A DNA stretch of 64,000 bases from a virus: positions 32,001 to 96,000 of the IMG/VR virus record IMGVR_UViG_3300021170_000008. One strand, 5' to 3'. This document shows, one piece after another, positions 1 to 9,303 of the stretch. Positions within the stretch are counted from its first letter, which is position 1, and each line of letters opens with the position of its first letter. Made by a program: the position numbers and the translations under genes. The notes below the pieces were generated by a model. That model was not told where the DNA came from and did no database searches. It was given only the letters and a program-made list of their open reading frames with translations.

Positions 1-68
1 CCGCCAGAAACAGCAAGATCGATTGTTCAGGCGATGGCGAATAAGTTCGGTATGCACGAAGTCGAGAT

Positions 69-638
69 ATGAACCTTACGTTTGATCCAGTGTCGCACAC
101 GTACCGGCTGGACGGGGTAGAGATACCATCGGTTACGACCGTGCTGGACTGGGCGGGGTTTTCTCCGCCCTATCCTGCGACTGGAGACTATAAGGCCAGA
201 GGCACAGCAGTCCATACTGCTTGCTTGTACTACGACCAAGGTAAAAGGTTTAGAGTTGATCCGCGTATTGATGGATACTTGGCTAGTTACGAGATCTTCA
301 GAAAAGACTTCCCGATGAAGTGGGACCTAATGGAGATCCAGGCATTTCATCCGGTTCTGGTATACGCAGGTACGTTGGATCGTGGCTATCTAGGCAGGCA
401 CAGGGGAAATATGTTGATCGTGGACATCAAAACCGGAGAACCACCAAAGAAACGATTGGGGCTCCAAACAGCGGCTTACGCGATGCTCCACGCCAATCCT
501 CCGCGATCAGCCGAACGTATGGGCGTTCAGTTGGACAAAGACGGCGGGAGATATAAGCTGCATGAATGTTCGGACCCGGCTGATTTCGATGTCTGGGTCG
601 GACTGGTACACAGATGGCATTGGGAAAGGAAAAGATGA
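69..638 (+). CDS. PD-(D/E)XK / Cas4-like phage exonuclease
   Basis: PSVTTVL, RGTAVH, YAGTLD, IVDIKTG and QTAAY motifs. Confidence 0.8.
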   Translation: MNLTFDPVSHTYRLDGVEIPSVTTVLDWAGFSPPYPATGDYKARGTAVHTACLYYDQGKRFRVDPRIDGYLASYEIFRKDFPMKWDLMEIQAFHPVLVYAGTLDRGYLGRHRGNMLIVDIKTGEPPKKRLGLQTAAYAMLHANPPRSAERMGVQLDKDGGRYKLHECSDPADFDVWVGLVHRWHWERKR

Positions 639-994
639 ACACTGTAAAAGTAAACCGCGAAGAGCTTCTGACGACCGTCAAGGCTAACTTCGACAAGCAC
701 AAAGAGATCGTTACCGAGGCTTTCGCTAAGTATCGAGAGCTTGCGGTAGCTGAACTGGATGCGATGATCGCAGAAGCCAAAGCAGGCAAGCGCATCCGCA
801 GACAGGTGTCTCTTGTCGAGCCGATTGACCAGAGCGCTGAATATCTGACTGCGATCAGAAAGCTCGAAATGTCGGTAGATCCCGTTATCGAGATCGACGA
901 CGAAGACTTCCGGCACCTAGTCATGGACGAGTGGCGCTGGAAAGGGCAGTTCATGGCGTCCAACAGAACTTACACAACAAAGGCGGATCAGTAA
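635..994 (+). CDS. hypothetical phage protein
   Basis: ATGA overlap with upstream stop; SD-like AAGGA; MNTVKVNREELL start. Confidence 0.7.
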   Translation: MNTVKVNREELLTTVKANFDKHKEIVTEAFAKYRELAVAELDAMIAEAKAGKRIRRQVSLVEPIDQSAEYLTAIRKLEMSVDPVIEIDDEDFRHLVMDEWRWKGQFMASNRTYTTKADQ

Positions 995-995
995 A

Positions 996-1451
996 ATGAA
1001 GAAAATCAAAAAGCAGCAGAGCACGGCGCTCGGGATCGTCAGGAGATACTTCCCGAACGTCAGGAAAGTAGTTGACGCCAAAACAGCGATGAATGTCACG
1101 GTCAGCAAAAGAGACGCTGATAGCGCTAGCGCGAAGATGCCGGATGAGTGTGCCGTCGCCAAAGCTATGCAGCGACATCACACTGGCGCAATTATCTCCA
1201 AATCGACTTCGTATGTCATTGACGGGGATGTAGCGACTCGCTTCAAAACTCCCGAGAGCGTCACCAGGGAGATAGTCTCGTTCGACAGAAACAAAGTATT
1301 CGAGCCTGGAGAGTATACACTACGGGCACCGTCGAGCCACGAGCGCCTGGGGCCGAGAGACCGGCCACAATACAGTAAGAGTAGGACAACTGACACACCT
1401 CATCGGGCCTATCACGCAACAAAAGGCGTTAGATCCCTCAAGAGAAAGTGA
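996..1451 (+). CDS. hypothetical basic phage protein
   Basis: Tightly packed operon ORF. Confidence 0.65.
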   Translation: MKKIKKQQSTALGIVRRYFPNVRKVVDAKTAMNVTVSKRDADSASAKMPDECAVAKAMQRHHTGAIISKSTSYVIDGDVATRFKTPESVTREIVSFDRNKVFEPGEYTLRAPSSHERLGPRDRPQYSKSRTTDTPHRAYHATKGVRSLKRK

Positions 1452-1454
1452 TCA

Positions 1455-1697
1455 GTGACACAATCGCAACTACAATTCGTCTACGAGCTTTCGCTCTGGT
1501 TCAAGGAACATGCCATGTCAGGAAAGTCGATTACGCCTGACGCTATCTCATGGCGAGACGCATCCAATACTTTGAAGCAGATTTTGGAAGAGACGCCGAT
1601 GTCTACGCCTGTGCGCCGTAAAAAGATTAACGCGCAGGCGGCGGCTGAAGCAGCCAGGGACGACAAACCCCCGAAGTTGAGGGCGATAGAGCTATGA
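1455..1697 (+). CDS. hypothetical protein ending KLRAIEL
   Basis: GTG start; stop overlaps next ATG. Confidence 0.6.
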   Translation: MTQSQLQFVYELSLWFKEHAMSGKSITPDAISWRDASNTLKQILEETPMSTPVRRKKINAQAAAEAARDDKPPKLRAIEL

Positions 1698-2065
1698 AGA
1701 AAGGCAGATACATGATACAGTGCGCGTGCGGCAAGATACACGAAGTCCAAGCTGAATGTTTTCAGCCTAAGAAAGTTCTAGCAACGGTTCAGTACAAAGA
1801 CTGGGGCTTTGAAGTTTCGGAGGATCAGTCCTGGTTCCAGGTTCGCATTAACGACGAGCACAAGGGCCGTAAGTGGAAGCTCTCTCCGCACATGACCAAG
1901 TCCGAGATCGTCCAGACGGCGTTTCTGGCCGTTCTGACTGCCGAAGAGCATGAGACTCGCGAGCAGTTTAAGTATCGCGGCTATGCTATCTTCGGGCCAC
2001 ACTTCAACGTGGATCGCTTGGCGGATCTCATTCACCAGGGCGGAGCGCACCAGATCAGGGACTAA
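1694..2065 (+). CDS. hypothetical phage protein
   Basis: ATGA coupling; KSEIVQTAF..EEHETREQF segment. Confidence 0.65.
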   Translation: MKKGRYMIQCACGKIHEVQAECFQPKKVLATVQYKDWGFEVSEDQSWFQVRINDEHKGRKWKLSPHMTKSEIVQTAFLAVLTAEEHETREQFKYRGYAIFGPHFNVDRLADLIHQGGAHQIRD

Positions 2066-2070
2066 CCTAT

Positions 2071-2271
2071 ATGGACTTCATCGCCGTAACATCGTCAAAC
2101 ATCCAGGCATACGCAGTGGACGGCAGTACTTTGTATTTGCAATTCAAAGGGGGCGAAACTTACGCCTACCACCTACTGCCAGACACAGTGACCCAGGGAT
2201 TCGCGGATGCAAGTAGCAAGGGCGAGTTCTTCCATGGCCAGATCCGGCCATTCTACAAGGGGATAAAGTGA
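2071..2271 (+). CDS. KTSC domain protein
   Basis: V.SSNI..Y...L..QF.GG..Y.Y...A.SKG.FF...IR pattern. Confidence 0.85.
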   Translation: MDFIAVTSSNIQAYAVDGSTLYLQFKGGETYAYHLLPDTVTQGFADASSKGEFFHGQIRPFYKGIK

Positions 2272-2589
2272 ATGGACTCCAATTTCAAGTACATGATCGT
2301 ATGCCTTGCGGGGCCTGCAATCGATAAAATGGATTCCTTTTGGAGCAACAAACTTCAGTATCGTGACTTTAACGGAGCGTGGACGCTACGCAAGCGCGAC
2401 GCCGCGACGTTTACAGCCACGGAAGCTGAGGAAGAGATGAATAAAGTATCAACGCAGACAAACTCTGATTACTTCGTCTATCTCGTCAGGCTCCCGAAGG
2501 GAGTCCCCTATCTGAGAATGTTAGGGGAGGGCGACGAGCATAGACCAGAGAAGCAGGCTGCCGAGAAGCTGCGAGCAATTGAATTATGA
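2272..2589 (+). CDS. hypothetical protein ending KLRAIEL
   Basis: Abuts KTSC gene; coupled to next gene. Confidence 0.6.
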   Translation: MDSNFKYMIVCLAGPAIDKMDSFWSNKLQYRDFNGAWTLRKRDAATFTATEAEEEMNKVSTQTNSDYFVYLVRLPKGVPYLRMLGEGDEHRPEKQAAEKLRAIEL

Positions 2590-2951
2590 AGAAGCTAACC
2601 AAGAAACAGGCCAAAGAGGCTATTATCCAGGCTGTTGATGCCGGGCGTGTAAAGTTCTCCCACCCTGACGCGACCAAGATGCTCAGCGGGCCCGCGGTCG
2701 ATCCCAAAACAACCGAGTTCGACTACTTGGAATCTGAAATGATCGCGCCATTCAATCCGACCGAAGAAGACCGTAAGGCGTGGCAACATGACGGCGGGAT
2801 TCATTTTCGGTGGGGCCTGAAGGGTTTTGGGTTCGGCGAGGCCAGTATCGTGTCCCGTAATGGGAAGTGGGTCGCAGATACCGAGCACCTAGGTCGGGAC
2901 TTTTTGATCAAAATCCTGACTCGCTGGGCCAAGCAGATGAAAATCCGATGA
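2586..2951 (+). CDS. hypothetical phage protein
   Basis: ATGA coupling at both ends. Confidence 0.65.
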   Translation: MKKLTKKQAKEAIIQAVDAGRVKFSHPDATKMLSGPAVDPKTTEFDYLESEMIAPFNPTEEDRKAWQHDGGIHFRWGLKGFGFGEASIVSRNGKWVADTEHLGRDFLIKILTRWAKQMKIR

Positions 2952-3652
2952 GCGACACGACAATCTCTACTCCTGACACGTCAGAGCTACAGCCGCGCAT
3001 CTTAGCGCTTGAAGAGCTTCGTAACCTGAAGATCACCGACGCCGCTACGCTCCAGGCAGCCAAAGATGGCATAGACGCCTGCGCCGAGCTTCAGAAGCAT
3101 GAGACGCTCACTAAAATCTCCACAGCCTGCGCGGAAGCCAACTCACTCCATAAAACGCTCACAGCACTTAGAGATAGTTTTCTGGACCCAATCGAAAGTA
3201 TTTCTCGATACTTACGCGGGACTGTGGCGAGGTATTTAGAAGATCAAGAGCGCCTAGCCCTAGAGCGGCATCTTCAGGAACAGGCCGAGTTGGCTGATAA
3301 ACAAGCTGAGGAAGAGCGTGACCCGTGGGAACAGGCTCCAGAGCCTTCGTCGGTCAAAGTGTCTCTGGCTCCGTCTAAACCACTAGTAACCGGGTTGTCT
3401 CTTCGAAAGCTCCCCAAGAAAGCCGAGATTGTCGGCTATGCCGAGAAGGGTGTATTCTCGGAGGGCTTCAAGTTACTCGTATTGGCGGCGGCGGAGAAGC
3501 TCAAGCAGGGCGACGATTCTATGCTCGTGTTCCTAGAACCAAACGGAGTAGCTTTAACCGCTAGAGCCCGCGAGTGGGGCAAGAAGATATTCGAGGAACG
3601 TATCCCCGGCGTGGTCGTGATCGACGACAAGAAAACGGTGTCCAGGCGATGA
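2948..3652 (+). CDS. coiled-coil hypothetical phage protein
   Basis: Start re-called to ATG 2948 (ATGA overlap). Confidence 0.65.
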   Translation: MSDTTISTPDTSELQPRILALEELRNLKITDAATLQAAKDGIDACAELQKHETLTKISTACAEANSLHKTLTALRDSFLDPIESISRYLRGTVARYLEDQERLALERHLQEQAELADKQAEEERDPWEQAPEPSSVKVSLAPSKPLVTGLSLRKLPKKAEIVGYAEKGVFSEGFKLLVLAAAEKLKQGDDSMLVFLEPNGVALTARAREWGKKIFEERIPGVVVIDDKKTVSRR

Positions 3653-3936
3653 GATGCGAAGTCCAATGGGCGCTAGAAAAAGGGGCCAACTGGGACGGGG
3701 GACAGTGTATGAATCCGGCGACCAGAAGAGCTATCGCCACAGACTCGCATTGTATTTTCCGTGTATGTGAAGCTCACGCCAGAGATGTGGCCACGCTAAC
3801 ATGGGGCGGGCGTCTCGGTGAAGTCACCAAAATGCTCCCGACCGATCCCCTTTGGGTTATATGGCCACCACTTGGATGGCATAACGACGAGGAAGAAGTT
3901 CAGGAACGGAAGCGCTTGCGGGCAATCGAGCTATGA
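3649..3936 (+). CDS. Cys-rich hypothetical protein ending RLRAIEL
   Basis: Start re-called to ATG 3649 (ATGA overlap). Confidence 0.6.
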   Translation: MRCEVQWALEKGANWDGGQCMNPATRRAIATDSHCIFRVCEAHARDVATLTWGGRLGEVTKMLPTDPLWVIWPPLGWHNDEEEVQERKRLRAIEL

Positions 3937-4148
3937 AGCTAACCTGGGATGACTTCGAGATGATCATCTGCCCGAAGTGCTCCATCCACTTCGCGGTGAC
4001 TACAACTCTTAGCAAACTTCGCCGGAAAGACCAGCAGCCATTCTACTGTCCAATTGGACACGGAATGCACTGGCCGGAGGAAAAAGATCCCCCACCAACT
4101 GAAGACAAGGAGCTTAAAGAACTTCGCAGGATGATTGATCTACCATGA
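3933..4148 (+). CDS. small zinc-binding protein
   Basis: CPKC and YCPIGH motifs. Confidence 0.65.
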   Translation: MKLTWDDFEMIICPKCSIHFAVTTTLSKLRRKDQQPFYCPIGHGMHWPEEKDPPPTEDKELKELRRMIDLP

Positions 4149-4438
4149 CAGAGCAAGAGCAGAAAGAAAACGGCTTCGTGTACTACCGCGAAGTGAGCCA
4201 CGGGAAGTATCTAGCGGTGGTCCCACGTCCGTTTAATTCGATCTTGGTCATCGGAGACGCGGATAATTCGCGCTATTACGATACCCACTACTGTTACACC
4301 ACTCCAGGCGAAGCCATAATAGCGGCTGAAGACTGGGACCCAGCACAACATAAAGAGCCTGACGGGTGGTTCCGACACGCCGACACAGGGAGACGCAGGC
4401 CAGACGGAGACCGAACGAAAGAGTATATTGCGCCATGA
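4145..4438 (+). CDS. hypothetical phage protein
   Basis: YCY..EP.GW.RH..TGRRRPDGD motif; coupled to neighbours. Confidence 0.65.
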   Translation: MTEQEQKENGFVYYREVSHGKYLAVVPRPFNSILVIGDADNSRYYDTHYCYTTPGEAIIAAEDWDPAQHKEPDGWFRHADTGRRRPDGDRTKEYIAP

Positions 4439-4801
4439 ACGATATCACCCCAGTTAAACTGCCCCAAATGCAACAAGCTGCTCGAAGCGGCTTCGCATAT
4501 GACCGACGATGTCAGGCCCAGCGAGGGAGACTTTACGCTTTGTATTGGATGCGGTACGGTTTTAGTGTTTGGGGAGAATCTAATCGCGAGATTACCCAAA
4601 GATCACGAGTTAAAAGACTTGCCGAATCACCCTGAGCTATGCCGCGAGATCGCACGGATAAGATCCGCGATCTTGTGGGTTAGTCCCCGTCCCAGAAGTA
4701 GCTCGGCTGGTAGATCCCGGCTTGTCTTGTCGTCAACTGATACCACCCCAGATCGTGCCGGTAATGGCGCTTCGCTAGATTTCGAGCAGCGAAATGCGTG
4801 A
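4435..4801 (+). pseudogene. zinc-ribbon protein with apparent +1 frameshift near 4456
   Basis: The coupled ATG 4435 frame lacks Cys pairs; CPKC and CIGC lie in the +1 frame. Confidence 0.45.
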
Positions 4802-4994
4802 AGCGGATCGCCCACGGCAAAATATCCCTGTCGGAATCGTATGATGCCGACTTCAGATGCATATTGAGCATAGCTGCGCCGACGGCGTCTTCTGCGTCTT
4901 CGTAATTTCTCAATACTCGATACGCTACTTCATGGAGCTTGTTGTATTGCGAGTACGCACGCTCAAGTACTTCACACCCAGATATGTTGGACAT
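4680..4994 (-). CDS. ECF-type sigma-70 region-2-only protein
   Basis: AYRVLRNYEDAEDAV and W...A.N motifs; no region 4 HTH; own TTGACA-17-CAGAAT promoter (5038-5010). Confidence 0.7.
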   Translation of the reverse strand: MSNISGCEVLERAYSQYNKLHEVAYRVLRNYEDAEDAVGAAMLNMHLKSASYDSDRDILPWAIRFTHFAARNLAKRHYRHDLGWYQLTTRQAGIYQPSYFWDGD

Positions 4995-5034
4995 AGTGGC
5001 GGGAAACTCATTCTGCCACTACGCATGAAGTGTG

Positions 5035-5826
5035 TCAATTAGATTTTGCGGCTATTTCGCGGAGCTTCCGTAGCTCTTTTTTGTTGGCCTGTTTGATCTT
5101 AGTGAAAACCTGCGTGCCGCTTCTGCGACCACCGGAAACATTCGGCCACTCCGGATCAGGATAAGTATATCGGCGCCAGCGCTCGCCGGTCTGCTCTACG
5201 CCGTAAAAAGGAACTTCCCTATAGGTCCCGATGTACCAGACTCCCCTGATGCTTACAAACCACCTATCTCCGTCCGGAAATCTGTCCCCTTGCCTGCGTA
5301 CTACCGGAGGCTCTACCTTCACGTTACGATAGAGCAAATACCGTGGAAATTTGACTAGCTTAGTGCAGGCGCGAAGTGCTCGCGTCTCTGGCTCAACGTA
5401 GAATTCAGGGTAATTTGGGCTGCCGGATACCGGCCCAGGCCCGTATTTGTCAAAGTACCAAACATTCCCATCGATGCCGCGATAGGTGTTAATTTTTACA
5501 TCAACGTGCTGAGTGAGGATGTGCCGTACCGGCCACGTTCCCTGCCCGAGATTGCGGCTCAACTCGCTGAAGACATCATCCCATGGACGACCGCAGGAAT
5601 TTAGTAGGTATCCCTGGATCGGGCCAAGAACGTCAGTGAAGTCCTTGTCTCCGATCTTTTTGTGATAACCTTCCTGCTTTCTCGATACCGGCAGACGAGT
5701 GAGACCATCATAATCCAGGCCGTCTTCCGTATCTACAATTTTCCCGTACCACCGAGCCTTTGCGCTTGGGTTGGACGACCCACGGCGCGGGCGCTCTGTA
5801 ACGCACTTTGCCATATCCGAACGCAT
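5035..5826 (-). CDS. conserved hypothetical protein (MRxDMxKxxxERPR type)
   Basis: Strong SD AGGAGG; GRPWD.V.SE motif. Confidence 0.7.
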   Translation of the reverse strand: MRSDMAKCVTERPRRGSSNPSAKARWYGKIVDTEDGLDYDGLTRLPVSRKQEGYHKKIGDKDFTDVLGPIQGYLLNSCGRPWDDVFSELSRNLGQGTWPVRHILTQHVDVKINTYRGIDGNVWYFDKYGPGPVSGSPNYPEFYVEPETRALRACTKLVKFPRYLLYRNVKVEPPVVRRQGDRFPDGDRWFVSIRGVWYIGTYREVPFYGVEQTGERWRRYTYPDPEWPNVSGGRRSGTQVFTKIKQANKKELRKLREIAAKSN

Positions 5827-5848
5827 GTTTCGCCCCTCCTAAGGGCTG

Positions 5849-5866
5849 CTACGTGTTATCTGGCAT
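5849..5866 (-). promoter_or_regulatory. leader uORF MPDNT-UAG ahead of an SD-sequestering hairpin
   Basis: AGGAG 5878-5874, ATG 5866, TAG 5851-5849, then GCCCTT-AGG-AGGGGC covering the downstream SD. Confidence 0.5.
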
Positions 5867-5964
5867 GGCTTTTCTCCTGTTATTAAAAGTTTGGGGCCGG
5901 ATTGTGTCCAAGCAACCGGCCCCGACGTGCAGAGTGTAATGAGTCTACGATACTACTTGCGCTT

Positions 5965-5993
5965 ATTATTGCGCGACGGGAAGTATTTGTCAA
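5965..5993 (-). promoter_or_regulatory. sigma70-type promoter
   Basis: TTGACA-17-AATAAT. Confidence 0.55.
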
Positions 5994-6214
5994 TACAAAA
6001 ATAGTGAAAAAATTTGCCTGCGCCGCGTATTGCTTTCGACCGGCAGGCGGGTGTACACTGCTTGAGTCCTGCAATAAAAAGCGCCGAACCACTCATCATG
6101 GCCCGGCGCGGATTTCGCTGGAGTCTGTACCTCCAGGAATGTGTCCCGATCAAAAGGGTACCATAGCCTGCCCGGCGTAGTCAAGACTTTCCTGCTGGAC
6201 GGAAAGGTTGACCG

Positions 6215-6976
6215 GTGGATAAACCCCGTATTTACAAATACCTAACTTCTGGCCGTCCACGGCTCGGATGGCTCAAAAAATCCACTAATCAGGCTAAATT
6301 GGCCCTAGCGGATGCCTTTCGGTCTGATCTAAACACGCCAGAACGCTTGACCGGCGCGTGGTTAGATTCATTTGAGAGGCGGGGTGACGGATATCATTTC
6401 GACCGTCAGTATGTAGTCCTTGGCTGGATTGTGGATTTCTGGTGCGAAGAACTCTACTTAGCTATAGAGATCGACGGATCAGTCCACAACACCACCAAGA
6501 CTGCGGCTAGGGATCAAATCAAGAACACCAGCCTTACGCGATCCGGTATCGCGGTCGCCAGAATAAATCCGGACGCAGATCCATGGGTTTTCAGGCTGTC
6601 TCTAGCGTCCGCCATTATCACTAGACAACAAGAACTGTACTTAGCTGGATTTCCTATCGCGGATTCGAAAGTCACTGGGTGCCGAGCCGAACTACTTAAG
6701 TACAAAAGCGAAATTATCGACAGAATCAAAGCCGAGAAACAAAATGCTATATGGGCTTTCCGCACCAGGATCTTTGACGATAACGTAAACAAAATTTCGT
6801 ACGACGAGTGCGGCTATAGTAATTTTTTCTGGGAGTGGTATTTTGGCGAAAAAGAAGCTGACGACGAGCGGTTTGTTGGTATCACGGTTCGCGATATCCG
6901 CAGTGGGGTAGTGCTAGGCGATGGACCAAGGACCATGGCTGAGATTATGGATTCCATGGGGTTCAAGCGTGTCTAG
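6215..6976 (+). CDS. DUF559/Vsr-like endonuclease domain protein
   Basis: F.RQ.V..WIVDF.C....AIEIDGSVH....RD motif. Confidence 0.75.
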   Translation: MDKPRIYKYLTSGRPRLGWLKKSTNQAKLALADAFRSDLNTPERLTGAWLDSFERRGDGYHFDRQYVVLGWIVDFWCEELYLAIEIDGSVHNTTKTAARDQIKNTSLTRSGIAVARINPDADPWVFRLSLASAIITRQQELYLAGFPIADSKVTGCRAELLKYKSEIIDRIKAEKQNAIWAFRTRIFDDNVNKISYDECGYSNFFWEWYFGEKEADDERFVGITVRDIRSGVVLGDGPRTMAEIMDSMGFKRV

Positions 6977-8081
6977 TATTCTTCCATACTATCCGCTATA
7001 CGTGTACGACTTCGACGACGATCCAAACGTCCTGTCGATGAGCCTGCCTGAAGTTGGGTTGTACCAATTAGCACTAAACGAGGCGTGGAAGCGGGGGTCC
7101 ATCCCGGACGACCCTACGGCCCTCGCCGTCCTGATCCGCCGGAAGCCATCCGACGTGAAAAAGGCTTGGTTGAAAGTGCGCTCGTGCTGGATCGAAAGCG
7201 GCACGCCCGGAAAATTGGTAAATCCACGCCAGGAGAAAGAGAGGGAGCTTGCGTTGCAGAAGTCCGCTGCGGCATCTGCATCTATAAGAAAGCGTTGGAT
7301 TGATGCTAAATCAGATCCATACGGACGTATTACTACGCGATCTGAATCTGATTCTGTATCTGGTTCTTCGGGATCAGTGCGTTCAAACACAGATAGAGCT
7401 ACTACGCGCGCGAGGATTGAGCCGGAACGGTTCATGCGAATGTGGTCGGATCATCGCGGTTTCAAGAAGCCGTCACGCGGTCAGCGTCCCAGAATTCTCG
7501 AAAAGATGCAGACTATCGACATCACAGAAGACGAATTGGGACCGTCCATGGATGGTTTTTATAATTCGGACTGGGCTAAAGAACAGAGCTACCCAATTTT
7601 CGCTTTCCTGAAAGATCCGCTTTCCTGGAACGAGCCCGCCACGTACGACCCGCCTGCGCCATTAACTGGAAGTGTCCCGTCTTCCACCGGGGGCGCGGTA
7701 CAAGCTAATTACGCTGTACAGAATATCGATTTCGTGGCAATATGGAACACTGACGCTCCCAGCGCCCCAAAAGCTGGCATGTTTTCAGCGCAGGAGCAGC
7801 GCAGGATCAATTCTATCCAACGTGATGAACCAGACTTGGCGGATAATTACCGTGACGTTGTAGGGCGCGTGCAAGCCATCTGCGCGAATCTGCATTCGGA
7901 CTGGAAAGATGAGTCGGATTGGTTTAATTTCGAATGGGTGGTACTGAAAGGGAACTGGGGCCGGGTGCAACGTGGTGTCTGTAACTTTCTGACTCGTCCG
8001 AAGCGAGCAGGTGGTCCAGGTGGCGGGAAAGGTCGGGCAGTAGATCTCGCTGATCGTATTCTGAAAAGAAAGGGCGCATAA
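6969..8081 (+). CDS. phage replication initiator (DUF1376/YdaU-like N-terminus)
   Basis: LPYYPLYVYDF..MS..EVGLY N-terminus; SESDS linker; upstream of DnaB; start re-called to GTG 6969. Confidence 0.7.
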   Translation: MSSILPYYPLYVYDFDDDPNVLSMSLPEVGLYQLALNEAWKRGSIPDDPTALAVLIRRKPSDVKKAWLKVRSCWIESGTPGKLVNPRQEKERELALQKSAAASASIRKRWIDAKSDPYGRITTRSESDSVSGSSGSVRSNTDRATTRARIEPERFMRMWSDHRGFKKPSRGQRPRILEKMQTIDITEDELGPSMDGFYNSDWAKEQSYPIFAFLKDPLSWNEPATYDPPAPLTGSVPSSTGGAVQANYAVQNIDFVAIWNTDAPSAPKAGMFSAQEQRRINSIQRDEPDLADNYRDVVGRVQAICANLHSDWKDESDWFNFEWVVLKGNWGRVQRGVCNFLTRPKRAGGPGGGKGRAVDLADRILKRKGA

Positions 8082-8440
8082 TGCAGGAAACGCCGGAAGC
8101 CGTAGCGGCCATTTTGAAGATGGCGTCAAAAATGGAAAGTATGCCTGGATTTCCACGGACAGACGACGGCCTGGAGGGCTACGCCGAAGGGATCTGCCGG
8201 ATTATTCAAGATCAGCCCCAAAAGGAACTGCTAGCGATGGAGACGGCTCAAATTCTAATCAAGCGAGCCATGGATGATTTCGAGCGTTTCCCGACAGTTA
8301 GAGAGATGAGCGACTTTTACCGGGATGAACTTCGATTCCAACCAGCCTACAAAGGCCCCGTAGATATGGTCGAAGTCGAGTGGGCGCGAGCCAACCAGGA
8401 ACCAAAATGGGAGCGGTCGAAACAGGAGCCAGGAAAATGA
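8081..8440 (+). CDS. hypothetical protein, possible helicase loader/inhibitor type
   Basis: Follows initiator; RFPT..E motif. Confidence 0.5.
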   Translation: MQETPEAVAAILKMASKMESMPGFPRTDDGLEGYAEGICRIIQDQPQKELLAMETAQILIKRAMDDFERFPTVREMSDFYRDELRFQPAYKGPVDMVEVEWARANQEPKWERSKQEPGK

Positions 8441-8592
8441 TTGAAATCGAAGACGACGATCCACGCCAGAACAAAGCCGAGATCCCGTGTCCGGCCTGCG
8501 GCTCTGAGCGGGTATATTTCGAGTCCCTGCTTTTGTCTGACCGATATTACTGCCGCAATTGTGGACGGATCTGGGAGGAAGACGCTCTATGA
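8437..8592 (+). CDS. zinc-ribbon protein
   Basis: CPACGS and CRNCG motifs. Confidence 0.65.
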   Translation: MIEIEDDDPRQNKAEIPCPACGSERVYFESLLLSDRYYCRNCGRIWEEDAL

Positions 8593-8834
8593 AACGCGGA
8601 AACGGAACCCACGACAGCCGAGACGCACAGCCGATACTTGGCTACGAGTTTTTCGAGAATAATTTCCGGTGTACGCGATGCTTTGAGGTCGTCCCAGACG
8701 ATTCCCTGACCTGCCCATTTTGTCTCGCTAAGAATGCCCCTAAAAACCCGGCTCCGCCCCGGTCAAGAAAACGCAAGATCAATTCCGCTACTCAGGAACG
8801 CCTACCGCTTTACGGGAGTACACGCCTTGACTAA
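8589..8834 (+). CDS. zinc-ribbon protein
   Basis: CTRC and CPFC motifs; ATGA coupling. Confidence 0.55.
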   Translation: MKRGNGTHDSRDAQPILGYEFFENNFRCTRCFEVVPDDSLTCPFCLAKNAPKNPAPPRSRKRKINSATQERLPLYGSTRLD

Positions 8835-9300
8835 AAAATTCACGTTGTACATGGAAACGACTCGTATAGCCCCTGAACGGACGGTTGGGGAGGTAACGTC
8901 AGAACTAGTACGGGCTGGGGCATCGCAGATTTCGACTGACTACAAAGACGGGAAGCTCGTCGGTCTTCGGTGGATTATGCGGATCAACGGCGTAGACGCC
9001 CTATTTGACATGCCAGCACGAGTCGAGCCCGTCATGAAGCTATTTCTGGATCGCCGTAGCGACAAAGGTAGGTGGATCAACGCTAACGAAAAAGCCGAGC
9101 TACGCCTGAAAGCTGAGCGCGTGGCGTGGCGGCAACTTCTCCGTTGGTGCCAAGCACAAAACGCGATGATAGAGAGCCAGATGGTGCAGCCGAGCGAAGT
9201 CTTTCTGGCATACTTAGTCAACCCATCGACCAACCAGACCCTGTTCCAGCACATGATGGAGACGCGCTTCAAGGCGCTCCCTCCGGCTTCAGAGCAGTAG
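8827..9300 (+). CDS. conserved hypothetical phage protein
   Basis: AERVAWRQL..W..AQ motif; TTG start after GGGAG. Confidence 0.65.
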   Translation: MTKKFTLYMETTRIAPERTVGEVTSELVRAGASQISTDYKDGKLVGLRWIMRINGVDALFDMPARVEPVMKLFLDRRSDKGRWINANEKAELRLKAERVAWRQLLRWCQAQNAMIESQMVQPSEVFLAYLVNPSTNQTLFQHMMETRFKALPPASEQ

Positions 9301-9303
9301 CCC

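Noticed and set aside
7319-7370. Replication origin iterons in the initiator gene
   Set aside because: Only one palindrome (ATACGGACGTAT) and TCTGAN repeats that simply encode the SESDS linker; insufficient support.
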